DNA from: a bacterium
GTDB taxonomy: Bacteria > UBA8248
Reading direction: 5' to 3'
Assembly: GCA_965200245.1 (NCBI GenBank)
Contig: CBDATS010000015.1
Location: forward strand, 373,209 to 437,208
DNA length: 64,000 nucleotides
The notes beneath the pieces are model-generated. The model searched no databases. It was not told the origin of the DNA and saw only the letters and a list, made by a program, of their open reading frames with translations. Below, one piece after another: positions 1 through 9,382 of this stretch. Position 1 is the first letter of the stretch. Every line of letters begins with the position of its first letter. The translations under genes were made by a program, and so were the position numbers.

Positions 1-1
1 A

Positions 2-2410
2 CTCGGTCAGGCAAAGAAAGCCGCGACACTGGATAGCTTGTACGCGACGCTAACAGCAATTCGAAAACAACAGACGGACGATCAGGAAGAACGGAAAGCC
101 AAGGCAGAGATCCTACCTGAACTGGAGTTCTCTGCCAAGAAACAGGCCGAATCGCTGGAATTGGCTGAGCGGCAGGCCGTTGAAGTCAAAGAGGAACTGA
201 AAACCGCTGCATCGCTCATCCAGAAGGTTCGCTCCCTCGATCAGAAGCTTGCCGACCAAGAAAAGGCTGTTTCGGAAAGTGAAGAAAGCTGCCAAAAAGA
301 TGCGGCAAATATTTTTGCGGATACACAGAACAGACTTGAAGAGCAGATAAAACGTTCCGAGGCTCAAAAAACTCTGGAACTTGTTGACGGCTATCTCAAA
401 AAACATGCAGAGGATGAATGGCTGATCAGCGGTCTGGCCGGTGTTGAAGAGCAACTAAATGGCCTACATTCCAAACAAAATGACATCGCTCAAAAAGAAG
501 CCGATCAAAAAAAGGCCGTGACGGCTCTGGAACGGGCGAAAAAATCACTCGATGACTGGCAGAAGCAATGCAGCACTCGGAAGCGGGAACTGGACGATGC
601 CTCCAACAGTCTTCAACAAGGCAAAGATGAATTAAGCCGGTTGCTGGGAGGCCGACTGTTGCGCGAATACCGCAGCGACAAGGAAGACCTGCTTCGTGAC
701 ACAACCTCCCTAGCGGAAATAGCGGAACTTGAAGAGCACCGACTCAGGCTCGAAGATGGCAAAGCCTGTCCACTCTGTGGTGCGACAGAGCACCCATTTG
801 CGGAAGGTAACATTCCCGTTCCCGATGAAGCTGAGCAGAAGATTGAAACGCTCACCAAACTGATCAGCAAGGCTGAGAATCAGGAAGACGCTATTAATAA
901 ACTCAAAGAATCGGAGGTAGCGGCCCGCAATAATTTAACGGAGGCTGAAAAGCAGGAGACAGCAGCGACCAATGATAAGAAGAATGCCAAGAAAACCCTT
1001 GCCGAGGCGAAAGAAGGCATGGAAAAACTCCAGACCGATTTTATTGAACAGAAACAGGCTGTATCTGTGAAACTTCTGGCGCTTGGCATCACTGAAATCC
1101 CCGATACCGATGTTTCATTACTGCTTGAGTCACTCAGAGAACGGCTGAATGAATGGAAAAGCCGCCTAAAGGAAAAGGATGAAATCAAAAAACAGATCGC
1201 TGACCTCGATAGTGAAATAAAACGTCTAGATGCGGTCATTGAAACCCAAAGTAAATCTTTGGCTGAGCAAAGCGAGCGTCTGGAGTCCCTGAAAAAGGAG
1301 CACACCATCGGGAGTGACAAGCGGAAAGAATTGTACGGCGACAGAAGTCCCGACGATGAGGAGTCTCGACTGAACAAGGCCGTTTCTGATGCTGAGGATA
1401 CCGAAAAGAAAGCCAGAGAACTGCACAATGAATTACAGCAAGAATGGAACACCGCCAAGACGCATGTTGAATTATTGGAAAAGAGCATTACCCAGAGAGA
1501 ACCAGAACTGAGAAAACCGGAAAATGAATTTTCTGCAAAGCTTCGGTCAGTTGGCTTTTCGGATGAAAATCAGTTTCTTAAGGCCAGACTACCGAATTGG
1601 CAGAAAGATGAGTTCTCTGCAAAAGCACAGGAACTGGATGACCGCCAAACAGACCTTAAGGCCAGACAAGGGGATCGAGAAACACGCTTGCATAAGGAAA
1701 TTGCCAGGAAGGTTACCGACAAATCTCTTGAAGACCTAGAGCCGCAATTCAAGGAGTACAAGGATGCACTGAAAAAACTGCGGGACATCATTGCCGGTTT
1801 CAAGCACAGGCTCAGTGAAAATACGGCTGCCAAAGAGCAAATAAAGGCAAAGCAATCGGTTATCGAGACCCAGAAAAGTGAATGCCGCAGATGGGAAAAC
1901 CTGCACGAGTTGATCGGCTCTTCAGACGGCAAGAAGTACCGCAATTTTGCCCAGGGACTGACCTTCAAAACGATGATTGGTCATGTCAACCGGCAACTGG
2001 AGAAAATGACTGACCGCTACTTGCTGATCCGTGATGATGCTCAACCGCTGAAACTCAACGTATTGGACAACTACCAAGCGGGCGAGATACGATCAACGAA
2101 TAACCTTTCCGGTGGCGAAAGCTTTATCGTCAGCCTGTCGCTTGCGTTGGGTCTGGCCCAAATGGCCAGCAGGAATGTCCGGGTGGACTCGCTGTTCCTA
2201 GATGAAGGCTTTGGTACGCTGGACGAGGAAGCCCTCGATACAGCACTGGAAACTCTCGGGGGTTTGCAGCAGGCTGGCAAGCTAATCGGCGTAATTTCGC
2301 ACGTACCAGCCCTGAAGGAGCGTATTGGCACCCAGATACAGGTAACGCCTCAAACCGGAGGCAGGAGCCAGATATCCGGTCCAGGATGCAGCAGGTTGGG
2401 CGCAATATAA
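2..2410 (+). CDS. sbcC: SbcC/Rad50-family ATPase, 5'-truncated by the window edge
   Basis: Frame is open from nt 2. Long coiled coil with zinc hook CPLC, ABC signature LSGGE, Walker B/D-loop LFLDEGFGTLD and H-loop GVISH. Confidence 0.93.
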   Translation, partial: LGQAKKAATLDSLYATLTAIRKQQTDDQEERKAKAEILPELEFSAKKQAESLELAERQAVEVKEELKTAASLIQKVRSLDQKLADQEKAVSESEESCQKDAANIFADTQNRLEEQIKRSEAQKTLELVDGYLKKHAEDEWLISGLAGVEEQLNGLHSKQNDIAQKEADQKKAVTALERAKKSLDDWQKQCSTRKRELDDASNSLQQGKDELSRLLGGRLLREYRSDKEDLLRDTTSLAEIAELEEHRLRLEDGKACPLCGATEHPFAEGNIPVPDEAEQKIETLTKLISKAENQEDAINKLKESEVAARNNLTEAEKQETAATNDKKNAKKTLAEAKEGMEKLQTDFIEQKQAVSVKLLALGITEIPDTDVSLLLESLRERLNEWKSRLKEKDEIKKQIADLDSEIKRLDAVIETQSKSLAEQSERLESLKKEHTIGSDKRKELYGDRSPDDEESRLNKAVSDAEDTEKKARELHNELQQEWNTAKTHVELLEKSITQREPELRKPENEFSAKLRSVGFSDENQFLKARLPNWQKDEFSAKAQELDDRQTDLKARQGDRETRLHKEIARKVTDKSLEDLEPQFKEYKDALKKLRDIIAGFKHRLSENTAAKEQIKAKQSVIETQKSECRRWENLHELIGSSDGKKYRNFAQGLTFKTMIGHVNRQLEKMTDRYLLIRDDAQPLKLNVLDNYQAGEIRSTNNLSGGESFIVSLSLALGLAQMASRNVRVDSLFLDEGFGTLDEEALDTALETLGGLQQAGKLIGVISHVPALKERIGTQIQVTPQTGGRSQISGPGCSRLGAI

Positions 2411-2442
2411 CTGGCTACAAAGGGAGGTTAACTCTGAGAACG

Positions 2443-2757
2443 TTGGGCGATTTCAAAACAGCCAAGACCATTCTCGCCAGATTCCATCAGGACATTGACG
2501 CCATCAACCATGCTACCCAATAGTTGCCCCTAAACGTGTTCGAGCAGATGCATCGTGCTATGAAACCCTTCCGACATCACCAACCGGAAATCAGTCGAGC
2601 CCTGGAAATATCGGGAGCAGCGACCTAGATAAAAGACATCATAGATGCCAACCAACATTGGCAGGACATGCTTGAGCAACCCACCATGACGAGCCGTTTT
2701 GCCGATAGCACCTCAGTTGCACATTACCAAGAGTGCAGAGGTCAACAAACAGAATGA
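2443..2757 (+). pseudogene. Decayed ORF remnant of unknown function
   Basis: AGGGAGG at 2421-2427, TTG at 2443. Protein-like helical reading (DIDAINHATQ*LPLNVFEQMHRAMKPF...ISRALEISGAAT*IKDIIDANQHWQDMLEQ) broken by TAG at 2521 and 2626. Confidence 0.5.
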
Positions 2758-3071
2758 CTGCGAGAGAATGTCTCTCCGCCGGGTGATGTGCACTGAAGAT
2801 TCCGGGCTCATGAAAGTGCTCTGAACACCAGTACCGACCTGGTGACATTAGAACACACAACTCCCCTACCCCTAGAAGGAGAACATCTCGTTCTATACAT
2901 TAATTTCTTCTGCACCGAACCCTGCAGAATCGGCGAATATCCCCATCGCTTCGCTGCCCATTCGCGTAATTTGATTCGAACGAAGCGACAACACAAAGTC
3001 GGAAAGTTTGAATCCAGTGTCCATCCATAATACCCGACTGTTCTACTCGTGAATCGACGATATACGCGTGA

Positions 3072-3800
3072 TTATGACTTTATTGTCGCCGACAACCCGG
3101 GGAGCATGGCCTGCGTCGGATTCATGGGGAAATGCTCCTCCTCCAAATCGGACTGTGAGAGCATTTTCACAAATGCGTCGAAGTCGTCGGCAGCCAGCTC
3201 AAGGGCAGACCGCCTGAGCAAGCTCATATATTCGGCGAAAGCTCTTGCCTGGCAGTTGAACTGTTTCGCCGGATTGAATTCGATATCCGTGAAAGCCCGG
3301 CAGTTCACATTTTCGTTTATCCATTCCGCCTTATCTTTCAGGGTTCGAATATATATCCAATCGTAAAAGGCATTCGTGGGAGATCGCGGGTATCTTTTGC
3401 CCTCCAGTTCAAATCCAACAAGAAGCCCGCAGTCCCGTTCGCGCTCCCGGATCAACCGTTTGGCTTCTCGCGGGGGCAGCTCGAATACATCGTTGAAGGG
3501 CCCCCCTCCCTCAAATACCTTGGAACCCTGGTAAACGCTTTCCAGGGGAAATTTTTCACCACCAAGATCGATTTTAAGGCTGAAAGCGCTCAAACGCCTT
3601 CCGATTTCATCGAAGGATTTTGTCGATATTTCCAGGATGTTCTTGAGGCCGCCTTCGCGCGCGGCGGCATGAAGTGCTCGAATGTTTTTCTTCTTCTGAA
3701 TTTCAGAAAAACCTGAAGCCCAACGGAATTCGAAAAAGCGTTCCTCTATAAGTCGGGTTTCACCGGAATCGGGAACGACGAACACCGGACGCATCGCCAT
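3072..3800 (-). CDS. DarT1-associated NADAR-family antitoxin (DUF6977-like)
   Basis: Motifs RPVF, W.SGFS..QK.KNI.ALH, LEISTKS, LSAF.L, ES.YQGSKVFE.GGP, FYDW.Y, FTDIEFNP.K..NCQAR. ATG at 3800 overlaps the darT stop (TGATG). Confidence 0.8.
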   Translation of the reverse strand: MAMRPVFVVPDSGETRLIEERFFEFRWASGFSEIQKKKNIRALHAAAREGGLKNILEISTKSFDEIGRRLSAFSLKIDLGGEKFPLESVYQGSKVFEGGGPFNDVFELPPREAKRLIRERERDCGLLVGFELEGKRYPRSPTNAFYDWIYIRTLKDKAEWINENVNCRAFTDIEFNPAKQFNCQARAFAEYMSLLRRSALELAADDFDAFVKMLSQSDLEEEHFPMNPTQAMLPGLSATIKS

Positions 3801-4195
3801 CAGCAAGCACCTGTGATGAGTTTTCGCGGCACCGCGCCGGGCACCAGCACCTCAATCTTTTCGGCCGCTTGCAAGCGCCGCTGGAATTCCGGGTCAATCT
3901 TCAGATAGATTGGATTCGACAACCTCCCACCTTCCATTGCCCGAAATTGCATGGGATGGTTATCCGTCATGCAAAGGCTCACGTAGGGATCGAGGCCCCG
4001 GTGGCTATCCAACTGATCGCTGAGTTCGTTCCCGCCTGTGACACGTGGTGGCCACCGTCCTTCCTGCTTCATACGCTTCTTGCAAAGCAGGCCCTTTTCA
4101 TCGATTGACGGGATGTTTGCTGCGTCAGTGAAATGATAGAGGCATTTGTGTTGCTCACTTTGCCTGATCTTCGTGATTAGCCAGTCGACATTCAT
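3800..4195 (-). CDS. darT: DarT-family (DUF4433) ssDNA ADP-ribosyltransferase toxin, short (131 aa), probably internally deleted
   Basis: LYHFTD..N.PSI...GLL, YVSLC....HPM and C-terminal AEK.EVLVP..VP...I. Directly upstream of the NADAR gene. Confidence 0.72.
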   Translation of the reverse strand: MNVDWLITKIRQSEQHKCLYHFTDAANIPSIDEKGLLCKKRMKQEGRWPPRVTGGNELSDQLDSHRGLDPYVSLCMTDNHPMQFRAMEGGRLSNPIYLKIDPEFQRRLQAAEKIEVLVPGAVPRKLITGAC

Positions 4196-4224
4196 GATCT
4201 CAATCTCTCATATTCCCAAATTCC

Positions 4225-5262
4225 CTACATCCACGAGAGCGGCGAGGCAAAGTCCCCCCGGAGTCTTCTGGCGGCGTCTTTGGCGAAGTAAGTGAGGATG
4301 ATGTTCGCCCCTGCGCGTCGGAGGGACGTGAGCACCTCCATGAACGCACGTTCGGGGTCAAGCCAACCGTTCCGGCAAGCCGCCACCAGCATGGCGAATT
4401 CACCCGAGACGTTGTATGCGGCGACGGGCAGGTCCGTGATTTCGCGTGCTCTGGCGATGATGTCGAGATAAGGCAGTGCGGGCTTGACCATCACGATGTC
4501 CGCCCCCTCCTCGATATCGAGTTTTATTTCGCGCATGGCCTCGCGTGCGTTGGCCGGGTCCATCTGGTAGGAACTCCTGTCGCCGAAGGCGGGCGTGCTT
4601 TCCGCCGCCTCACGGAAAGGCCCGTAGAAGGCACTCGCGAATTTCGACGAGTAGGCCATGATGGGCGTCTGGGGGAAGCCGCCTGCGTCCAGGGCCGTTC
4701 GAATCGAGCCGATGCGGCCATCCATCATATCCGACGGAGCGATGATGTCTGCGCCCGCTTCCGCGTGGCTGACCGCCGTCTTGTCGAGCAGGTCAAGCGT
4801 GGGGTCGTTCAGGACTTTCTCGCCCTCAATGATTCCGCAATGGCCGTGATCCATGTATTCGCAAAGGCATACGTCCGTGATGACGCATAATTCGGGATAG
4901 GCTTCCTTGAGAGCGCGCACTGCGTCCTGTACCACACCATCCTTCGCATAGGCCTGGCTTGCAAGGTCGTCCTTGTGATTGGGAATCCCGAACAGGATGA
5001 CGCCAGGGATGTCCAAATCGGCGACTTCCGCGCAATCAGCCACCAATCTGTCAACAGAAAGCTGGTATTGTCCGGGCATGGAAGGAATTTCACTCTTGAT
5101 GTTCTCTCCTTCCACCACGAACATCGGATAGATCAGGTTATCGACCGAAAGATGCGTCTCGCGCACCATCCGCCGCATGGCAGCTGTCTCCCGCGTGCGC
5201 CTCGTGCGGTTTTTCACGTCGCTCCTGAGTGCTGAGAGAGTGACAGCATCGTTGCTTGTCAT
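4225..5262 (-). CDS. hemB: Porphobilinogen synthase
   Basis: DVCLCEYMDHGHCG zinc site, APSDMMDGR, YSSKFASAFYGPFREA, MVKPA. Start moved to ATG 5262, just after the hemD stop. Confidence 0.97.
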   Translation of the reverse strand: MTSNDAVTLSALRSDVKNRTRRTRETAAMRRMVRETHLSVDNLIYPMFVVEGENIKSEIPSMPGQYQLSVDRLVADCAEVADLDIPGVILFGIPNHKDDLASQAYAKDGVVQDAVRALKEAYPELCVITDVCLCEYMDHGHCGIIEGEKVLNDPTLDLLDKTAVSHAEAGADIIAPSDMMDGRIGSIRTALDAGGFPQTPIMAYSSKFASAFYGPFREAAESTPAFGDRSSYQMDPANAREAMREIKLDIEEGADIVMVKPALPYLDIIARAREITDLPVAAYNVSGEFAMLVAACRNGWLDPERAFMEVLTSLRRAGANIILTYFAKDAARRLRGDFASPLSWM

Positions 5263-5266
5263 CGGG

Positions 5267-6118
5267 TCATGCTCCCGTTCGCAAGGCGTGTCCACCCCGA
5301 TTCGGTTTTTCGTAATAGGAACCGATGGCCTGCGCCATGCCTGAAATCGTCGACTCTACCGCCTCCACGTCCGGCTCGACGCCCCATTTACGCGCTGTAT
5401 CCGAGGTAGCAGGGCCAATGGAGGCCATACGCGCACGCTGCATCCATCGCTTCGCGTTTTCCACACCCGCCGCCCAGATGAAACCATTGAGGGCGGATGA
5501 ACTCGTGAAAGTCAACATATCAATTTTTCCTGCCTCAAGCTCCCCCCATACCCCACGCAGCGCATCTCGGCCCAAAGGCATTGTCCGGTAGACGGCCACA
5601 TCGTCAACGAAGGCACCCATTTCCGTTAGTGTTTTCGGGATAATGTCTCTCCCCTCTTTCGCCCGGGCCAACAAAACGCGCTCCTCTGCCAAGTTCTGAT
5701 CTTGAAAAAGTGCAACCACGCCTTCTGCCGCGTATTTTCCGGCTGCCATATCAGGCATTCTGCCCAGATGCTTCTCTACCGAGGAAGCCGTGGCAGGCCC
5801 GATGGCCAGAATCGAAGTATCCGACGGGACCGCTTCGGGACCGACGTCGAGAACGGCAAGTCTCATCGCGAGAAATTTCGGTCCGTTCGCGCTCGTGAAA
5901 ATAATCCTGTGATATTCATCAAGCACACGAATCGCCGCATCCACGGGCGACCAATCTTGAGGCTCCGCAACTCGTATCATGGGCGCGACTCGCACGCAGG
6001 CACCCAGGTCCATTAGCATCTTGCTCATGCGCGACGCCCCCTCCTCGGGGCGCGTGACGAGAATTGTCTTGTCGGCGAGGGGGCGTGTTTCCATTCTCTG
6101 GCCTTGAGGGTCATTCAT
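5267..6118 (-). CDS. hemD: Uroporphyrinogen-III synthase
   Basis: ILVTRP, IFTSANG, AIGPATA, VAVYRT, FTSSS, SIGPATS. Lies between hemC and hemB. Confidence 0.93.
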   Translation of the reverse strand: MNDPQGQRMETRPLADKTILVTRPEEGASRMSKMLMDLGACVRVAPMIRVAEPQDWSPVDAAIRVLDEYHRIIFTSANGPKFLAMRLAVLDVGPEAVPSDTSILAIGPATASSVEKHLGRMPDMAAGKYAAEGVVALFQDQNLAEERVLLARAKEGRDIIPKTLTEMGAFVDDVAVYRTMPLGRDALRGVWGELEAGKIDMLTFTSSSALNGFIWAAGVENAKRWMQRARMASIGPATSDTARKWGVEPDVEAVESTISGMAQAIGSYYEKPNRGGHALRTGA

Positions 6119-7038
6119 CGTATATCTCTCAGTATCTCCGCCCCGCCGCTTGAGAAAACGTCTTCAGCCAGATCTTCCGCCAGGCGCACCGCGTCCTCGG
6201 GTGTGCCCACCCGCTCTTTTTCCACCATCCGCCCGCCGCAGGTGCTCGACAGGCGGGCTTTAATGCGAAAACCGCTTTTTCGAATCTCGGCGAACACGGC
6301 CAGAGGCAACTGACAACCTCCCTCAAGGCGCGCCATCACAACCCGCTCGGCCATGACAGCCCGTTTCGTTTCAGGATGCTCAAGCTCCCCGACGAGGCGG
6401 CGTGTCGCTGCATCATTGGCTCTCGTCTCGATGGCGAGCGCGCCCTGCCCAGCGGCGGGGAGCATGAGTTCTGGTGCGAGCGATTCGCTCGCCCGTTCCT
6501 CAAATCCCAATCGCTTGAGACCCGCCAGCGCGAGAACAGCGGCTTCCACCTCTCCCGACGCCACTTTTGCGAGGCGCGTGTCCACGTTTCCGCGAAGTTC
6601 CACGATATCAAGGTCGCCCCGATAGCGCTTTATCTGCGTGATTCGCCTCAAACTGCTCGTCCCGATTCTGCTACCCGGCGCAAGGCCGCGCACCGATTCC
6701 CCGTTTCGCGAAACCAGGGCGTCCCATGGTTCTTCCCTTTCGGGTATCGAGGCCAAGATGAGGCCTTCGGGCAATTCGCTGGGCAGGTCCTTCAGACTGT
6801 GGACGGCAGCGTCGATTTCGCCTTGCAACAAGGCATCTTCAATTTCTTTGACGAAAAGACCTTTGCCGCCCAATTCGTGAATCGGGGACCCGAGCATGGT
6901 ATCTCCCCTCGTGCGGAGGATCACCTCCTCCACGACGAGGTCCGAATTCAACGCCTTGAGCCGCGTAGCTATTCCCGCCGTCTGCGCGCGCGCCAGCGCG
7001 CTGCCCCGTGTGCCAAGGCGCAGCGTGTAATTCACCAT
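6115..7038 (-). CDS. hemC: Hydroxymethylbilane synthase
   Basis: GTRGSALA, GKGLFVKEIE, AVHSLKD, GTSSLRR, LRGNVDTRL, EGGCQLP. Confidence 0.97.
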   Translation of the reverse strand: MVNYTLRLGTRGSALARAQTAGIATRLKALNSDLVVEEVILRTRGDTMLGSPIHELGGKGLFVKEIEDALLQGEIDAAVHSLKDLPSELPEGLILASIPEREEPWDALVSRNGESVRGLAPGSRIGTSSLRRITQIKRYRGDLDIVELRGNVDTRLAKVASGEVEAAVLALAGLKRLGFEERASESLAPELMLPAAGQGALAIETRANDAATRRLVGELEHPETKRAVMAERVVMARLEGGCQLPLAVFAEIRKSGFRIKARLSSTCGGRMVEKERVGTPEDAVRLAEDLAEDVFSSGGAEILRDIR

Positions 7039-8349
7039 TCAGTCCGGCTCATTCGTCAGCACGTCGGGCGAGCCTTCATCACCCGCGGGCTTCACACCGA
7101 AGAGTTTCTGAACGGATTCAACCGAAATGCCCTCTACGTCCTCTTCCGCCATTTCGCGCAGGACAGCGAAAGGATGATGAAGCAACTTGTTGACAAGCGC
7201 CTTCGTCATGGCGTCGAGTGCTTCGCGGCCATCCGCACCCAGTTCGGGCAGGCGGGAAAAAGTTTTTTCGACTTCCGCCTCGCGCATCGATTCCGCGTAA
7301 AAGCGTATCGCCGCGAAGGTGTGCCTGAGTTCCTCCGCCTTCTGAAGAGCGAGATAGGCCTGCACCTCGCTTTCAAGTATCGCGCGCGCATCACGGGCCA
7401 CCACTTCCCGGTTGCGCAGGTTGTCCGCCGCAACGGACTGGAGGTCGTCCACATCGTAGAGATAGACATCTTCAAGATCGTTCACATCGAGGGCCACGTT
7501 TCTCGGTACCGCGATGTCGATGAGAAAAACTGGCGCGTCGCGGCGGCGCTCCAGAGCGGCGGCCACGGTTGGCTTATCGAGAATAAAGCCTTGCGATGCC
7601 GTCGAAGCGATGACGACATCGGCATTGATGAGAGCTTCTTCCAGATTATCAAAACTTACGGCCTGCCCCCCGAGCTTGGAAGCCAACTCCTGGGCGCGCG
7701 CGAATGTCCTGTTCGCCAAGCGGAGGGTGTCGGCCCCGCTTGCCTTGAGGTGCCGCGCCGCCGCCTCGCCCATTTCTCCCGCACCGAGCAGAAGCACATT
7801 CTTTCCCTCGAGGGAGCCAAATATCCTTTTCGCCAGATCCACAGCTACGGAACTCACCGATACGGGTGATTCTCCTATCTGCGTTTGCTCGCGAATCTTT
7901 TTCGCCACGCGAAACGCGCGGGAAAACAGGTTCGTAAGTACCTTCCCTGCATGACCCGTGGTATGGGCAACCCGGTAGGCTTCTTTTACCTGCCCCAGAA
8001 TCTGCGGCTCACCCACCACCATGGAATCAAGGCTCGACGCCACGGTGAAAAGGTGACGTGTGGCATCGTCTTCCCGGTGAACGTAGAGGTGGGTGCTCAA
8101 CTCTTCCGCACCGATGTCGCGCGATTCCAGGAAAAAGCGGTGAATCGCGTCGAGCCCCACATCGAAATCCTCCGCCGCGCTGTAGACTTCCACACGGTTG
8201 CATGTGGAGAGGATGAGACGCTCCTCCAGGCCGCTGTAGCCTCCGAGCCAGTCAAGCCACTCCGTCATGTGGTCTTCCGGAAAATAGAGGCGTTCGCGAA
8301 TACTGAGCGGCGTGTTGTGATGACTCACGCCAGCAAGAATGATGGACAT
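7039..8349 (-). CDS. hemA: Glutamyl-tRNA reductase
   Basis: LSTCNRVE, SLDSMVVGEPQILGQVK, GAGEMG, DIAVPRN. Confidence 0.97.
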   Translation of the reverse strand: MSIILAGVSHHNTPLSIRERLYFPEDHMTEWLDWLGGYSGLEERLILSTCNRVEVYSAAEDFDVGLDAIHRFFLESRDIGAEELSTHLYVHREDDATRHLFTVASSLDSMVVGEPQILGQVKEAYRVAHTTGHAGKVLTNLFSRAFRVAKKIREQTQIGESPVSVSSVAVDLAKRIFGSLEGKNVLLLGAGEMGEAAARHLKASGADTLRLANRTFARAQELASKLGGQAVSFDNLEEALINADVVIASTASQGFILDKPTVAAALERRRDAPVFLIDIAVPRNVALDVNDLEDVYLYDVDDLQSVAADNLRNREVVARDARAILESEVQAYLALQKAEELRHTFAAIRFYAESMREAEVEKTFSRLPELGADGREALDAMTKALVNKLLHHPFAVLREMAEEDVEGISVESVQKLFGVKPAGDEGSPDVLTNEPD

Positions 8350-8364
8350 CTTCTTCCCCGCTCC

Positions 8365-9132
8365 CTAAAAATGAACCACCAGCGCGAGCAGCGCGGCGAA
8401 GAAGGCCACCATTGAGAAAACGGCAGAACGTTTTCCCTTCCAGCTTCTGGTGAGCCGGCAAACGAGCAGGAGGCCGTAGCCTCCCCAAATGAATATGAGA
8501 GGCCAAGTGCGTACCGGATCTAGGCTCCAGTAGGCGCCGTGGCGCGATTTCGCCCGCATCGATCCGAGCAGGAGGCTCGCCGTCAGGAACGCGAAGCCGA
8601 AATAGAGAATCTTGTGATTCAAATCGTCGAGAATGTCGAGCGAGGGCAATCGATGCAGCCAGGCACTCGGCCTTCTGGATTTCAACTGCTGGGATTGCAC
8701 GAGATACATGAGTGCCGAGGCGAAGAGCAGAAAGAACGCGGCCCAGCTCAGTAGTGCGAGCACTGCATGGCCTTTGAGCAGATAACCCTGCACGGCGCTC
8801 GAACCCGCTCCCCAGACGCCGGGAAAGGCGGATGCGTATCCCTCAAGAATGAATGCCGCGGGCACGGCGAAACCACCCAGGGCAATATCGCGGTAGCGCA
8901 CATAAACGATGAGATACATCAGGATGATGATCCACGCCATGCCGCTCAGCCACTGCCCCCAGCCCTCAGGTGTGTCGGAGGCGAAGCTCACCCCCAGCAT
9001 GAGGGTGTGAAGCGCGAACCCTACGAGCAACGAACCGATGCCGTAGACGACGCCTGACGACCTCCCCGTAAAGAGCAGGTAGAGGTGCGTGATCGTCGCA
9101 ATGAGATAGCAGCCGATCAAGATGGCGACCAC
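8365..9132 (-). CDS. ccsA: CcsA/HemX-like cytochrome c assembly membrane protein
   Basis: Polytopic membrane protein with a His in the H.LALLS helix, YL.Q...LK...RLPSL..LD and W..DP..W. Directly upstream of hemA. Confidence 0.82.
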   Translation of the reverse strand: MVAILIGCYLIATITHLYLLFTGRSSGVVYGIGSLLVGFALHTLMLGVSFASDTPEGWGQWLSGMAWIIILMYLIVYVRYRDIALGGFAVPAAFILEGYASAFPGVWGAGSSAVQGYLLKGHAVLALLSWAAFFLLFASALMYLVQSQQLKSRRPSAWLHRLPSLDILDDLNHKILYFGFAFLTASLLLGSMRAKSRHGAYWSLDPVRTWPLIFIWGGYGLLLVCRLTRSWKGKRSAVFSMVAFFAALLALVVHF

Positions 9133-9382
9133 GGTATATTCCTCTCAGCGCAAGACCATGGTTTGCGCGTGTCTGAAACGGCCTTCTCCCTTCTCCGCCC
9201 CGGGAAAGGACGAAGAAGGCTATTTAGACCACCATTTCGGGCATTTTGCAATAATCCGGCGCGCCGCTTGGTACTTGTGTGCAGATTTCCCCCTTTCAAG
9301 TTGGCGAGCGCGGCCCGTTGCCACTATACTTGGCCGCAGATTCATCCGCCCATATATACCAGTCCGGGAGGGGCTGCACACT

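Noticed and set aside
6376-7869. Long alternative ORFs (also 20998-22386, 23507-24844, 32267-34084, 46389-47912, 61992-63371)
   Set aside because: Antisense or off-frame shadows of well-supported GC-rich genes, with no recognisable motifs.
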